Origin: a virus
Length of the DNA: 50,562 bases
Direction: 5' to 3' (one strand)
IMG/VR virus record: IMGVR_UViG_3300045915_000028
Positions 50,317 to 50,562 of this stretch are shown in pieces. A program made the translations under genes and the position numbers. The notes below the pieces were generated by a model, which saw only the letters and a list, made by a program, of their open reading frames with translations, made no database searches and was not told the DNA's origin. The stretch's first letter is position 1. Every line of letters begins with the position of its first letter.

Positions 50317-50562
50317 AGTTTAATGAGGTGGGCTATACTTCCGTGGCCTGTTTGCTGCAGGCTGGTGTCCATGGTCACCGGAAGTGGTGCCATTTGACCT
50401 TGGGCGCGATTGGGGAATGTCAGTACTTTGGCGAATAAGCCCTGGTCAGCGTCTTTGCCTCCGGAGCAGAAGGCCGCAGGTTCGAATCCTGCCGGGGGCA
50501 CCCATCCCGGGTCGAGCATGGGGCCTCGGCCTGTCAGTAACCAGTCACGGTCCAGGCCACAA
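50307..50562 (-). CDS. 3' end of the virion/attP form of the immunity repressor (continues the frame of 1..326 through the repeat; 44 phage-specific C-terminal codons)
   Basis: Frame open from the window edge to the stop at 50307-50309; phase matches ORF 326..1 (326 + 133 nt = 153 codons); overlaps the int start by 10 nt. Confidence 0.7.
   Translation of the reverse strand, partial: CGLDRDWLLTGRGPMLDPGWVPPAGFEPAAFCSGGKDADQGLFAKVLTFPNRAQGQMAPLPVTMDTSLQQTGHGSIAHLIKLCR
50440..50500 (+). other. Second copy of the tRNA-Arg 3' fragment (not a complete tRNA)
   Basis: Identical to 1-61; upstream 50380-50439 contains no GCCCCCG acceptor strand or D-arm. Confidence 0.7.
50440..50562. repeat. Right copy of exact 123-bp terminal direct repeat (attR/attP core)
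   Basis: Identical to 1-123. Confidence 0.95.

Larger units (their letters stand above)
1..50562. mobile_element. Complete temperate actinobacteriophage genome / prophage (siphovirus-type, tRNA-Arg-associated att site)
   Basis: Full set of immunity, early/recombination, packaging, head, tail, lysis and integrase genes lies between identical 123-bp terminal repeats. Confidence 0.9.

Noticed and set aside
50337-50385. Inverted ACTTCCG / CGGAAGT repeats between int and the att core (possible arm-type integrase sites)
   Set aside because: Only 7 bp match, and the repeats lie inside coding sequence of the long-form repressor. This cannot be distinguished from chance without binding data.
50440-50500. 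Complete tRNA gene at the right end
   Set aside because: Only the anticodon arm, variable loop, T-arm and 3' acceptor strand are present. The preceding 60 nt cannot form the 5' acceptor strand or the D-arm.

Overview
This high-GC 50.5-kb window is one complete temperate siphovirus-type actinobacteriophage genome or prophage. It is bounded by an exact 123-bp direct repeat (1-123 = 50440-50562) that carries the 3' 61 nt of a tRNA-Arg(CCG).

Gene order, left to right:
- att/tRNA fragment, then a minus-strand XRE-type immunity repressor that reads through the att repeat, with a divergent Cro-like gene.
- One reverse-strand tail-anchored accessory gene.
- About 45 tightly packed plus-strand early genes, mostly with ATGA/GTGA overlaps. 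They include a RecE-like exonuclease plus RecT, an internally deleted C5-methyltransferase remnant, two HNH nucleases, a replication-organizer-like protein, a RuvC-like resolvase, a J-domain protein, and a protein carrying 32 tandem 12-bp repeats.
- A putative cos region.
- terS, terL, portal, protease/scaffold, decoration protein, major capsid, connectors, major tail, G/T chaperones, a 1115-aa tape measure, and about 10 minor tail genes including an SGNH esterase and a GH5-like glycosidase.
- A lysis cassette with LysA amidase, a LysB-type esterase and several small TM proteins. LysB implies a mycolic-acid-containing host.
- An autonomous, operator-flanked 3-gene operon.
- Three reverse-strand envelope-targeted genes, then a tyrosine integrase.

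Most notable observations:
1. The att core lies inside the repressor gene, which is the integration-dependent immunity architecture.
2. A three-gene operon of unknown function has its own palindrome-flanked promoter, and its middle gene may have an Arr-like ADP-ribosyltransferase fold.
3. A 384-bp array of 12-bp repeats encodes ([GD]QL[GWR])x32.
4. Strand composition flips abruptly from C/A-rich to G/T-rich at the putative cos region.
5. A minor tail gene has a +1 frame break, and the tail chaperone extension lies in the +1 rather than the -1 frame.

No rRNA, CRISPR array or IS element was seen. All functional calls come from motif recognition by eye and synteny; no database search was possible.
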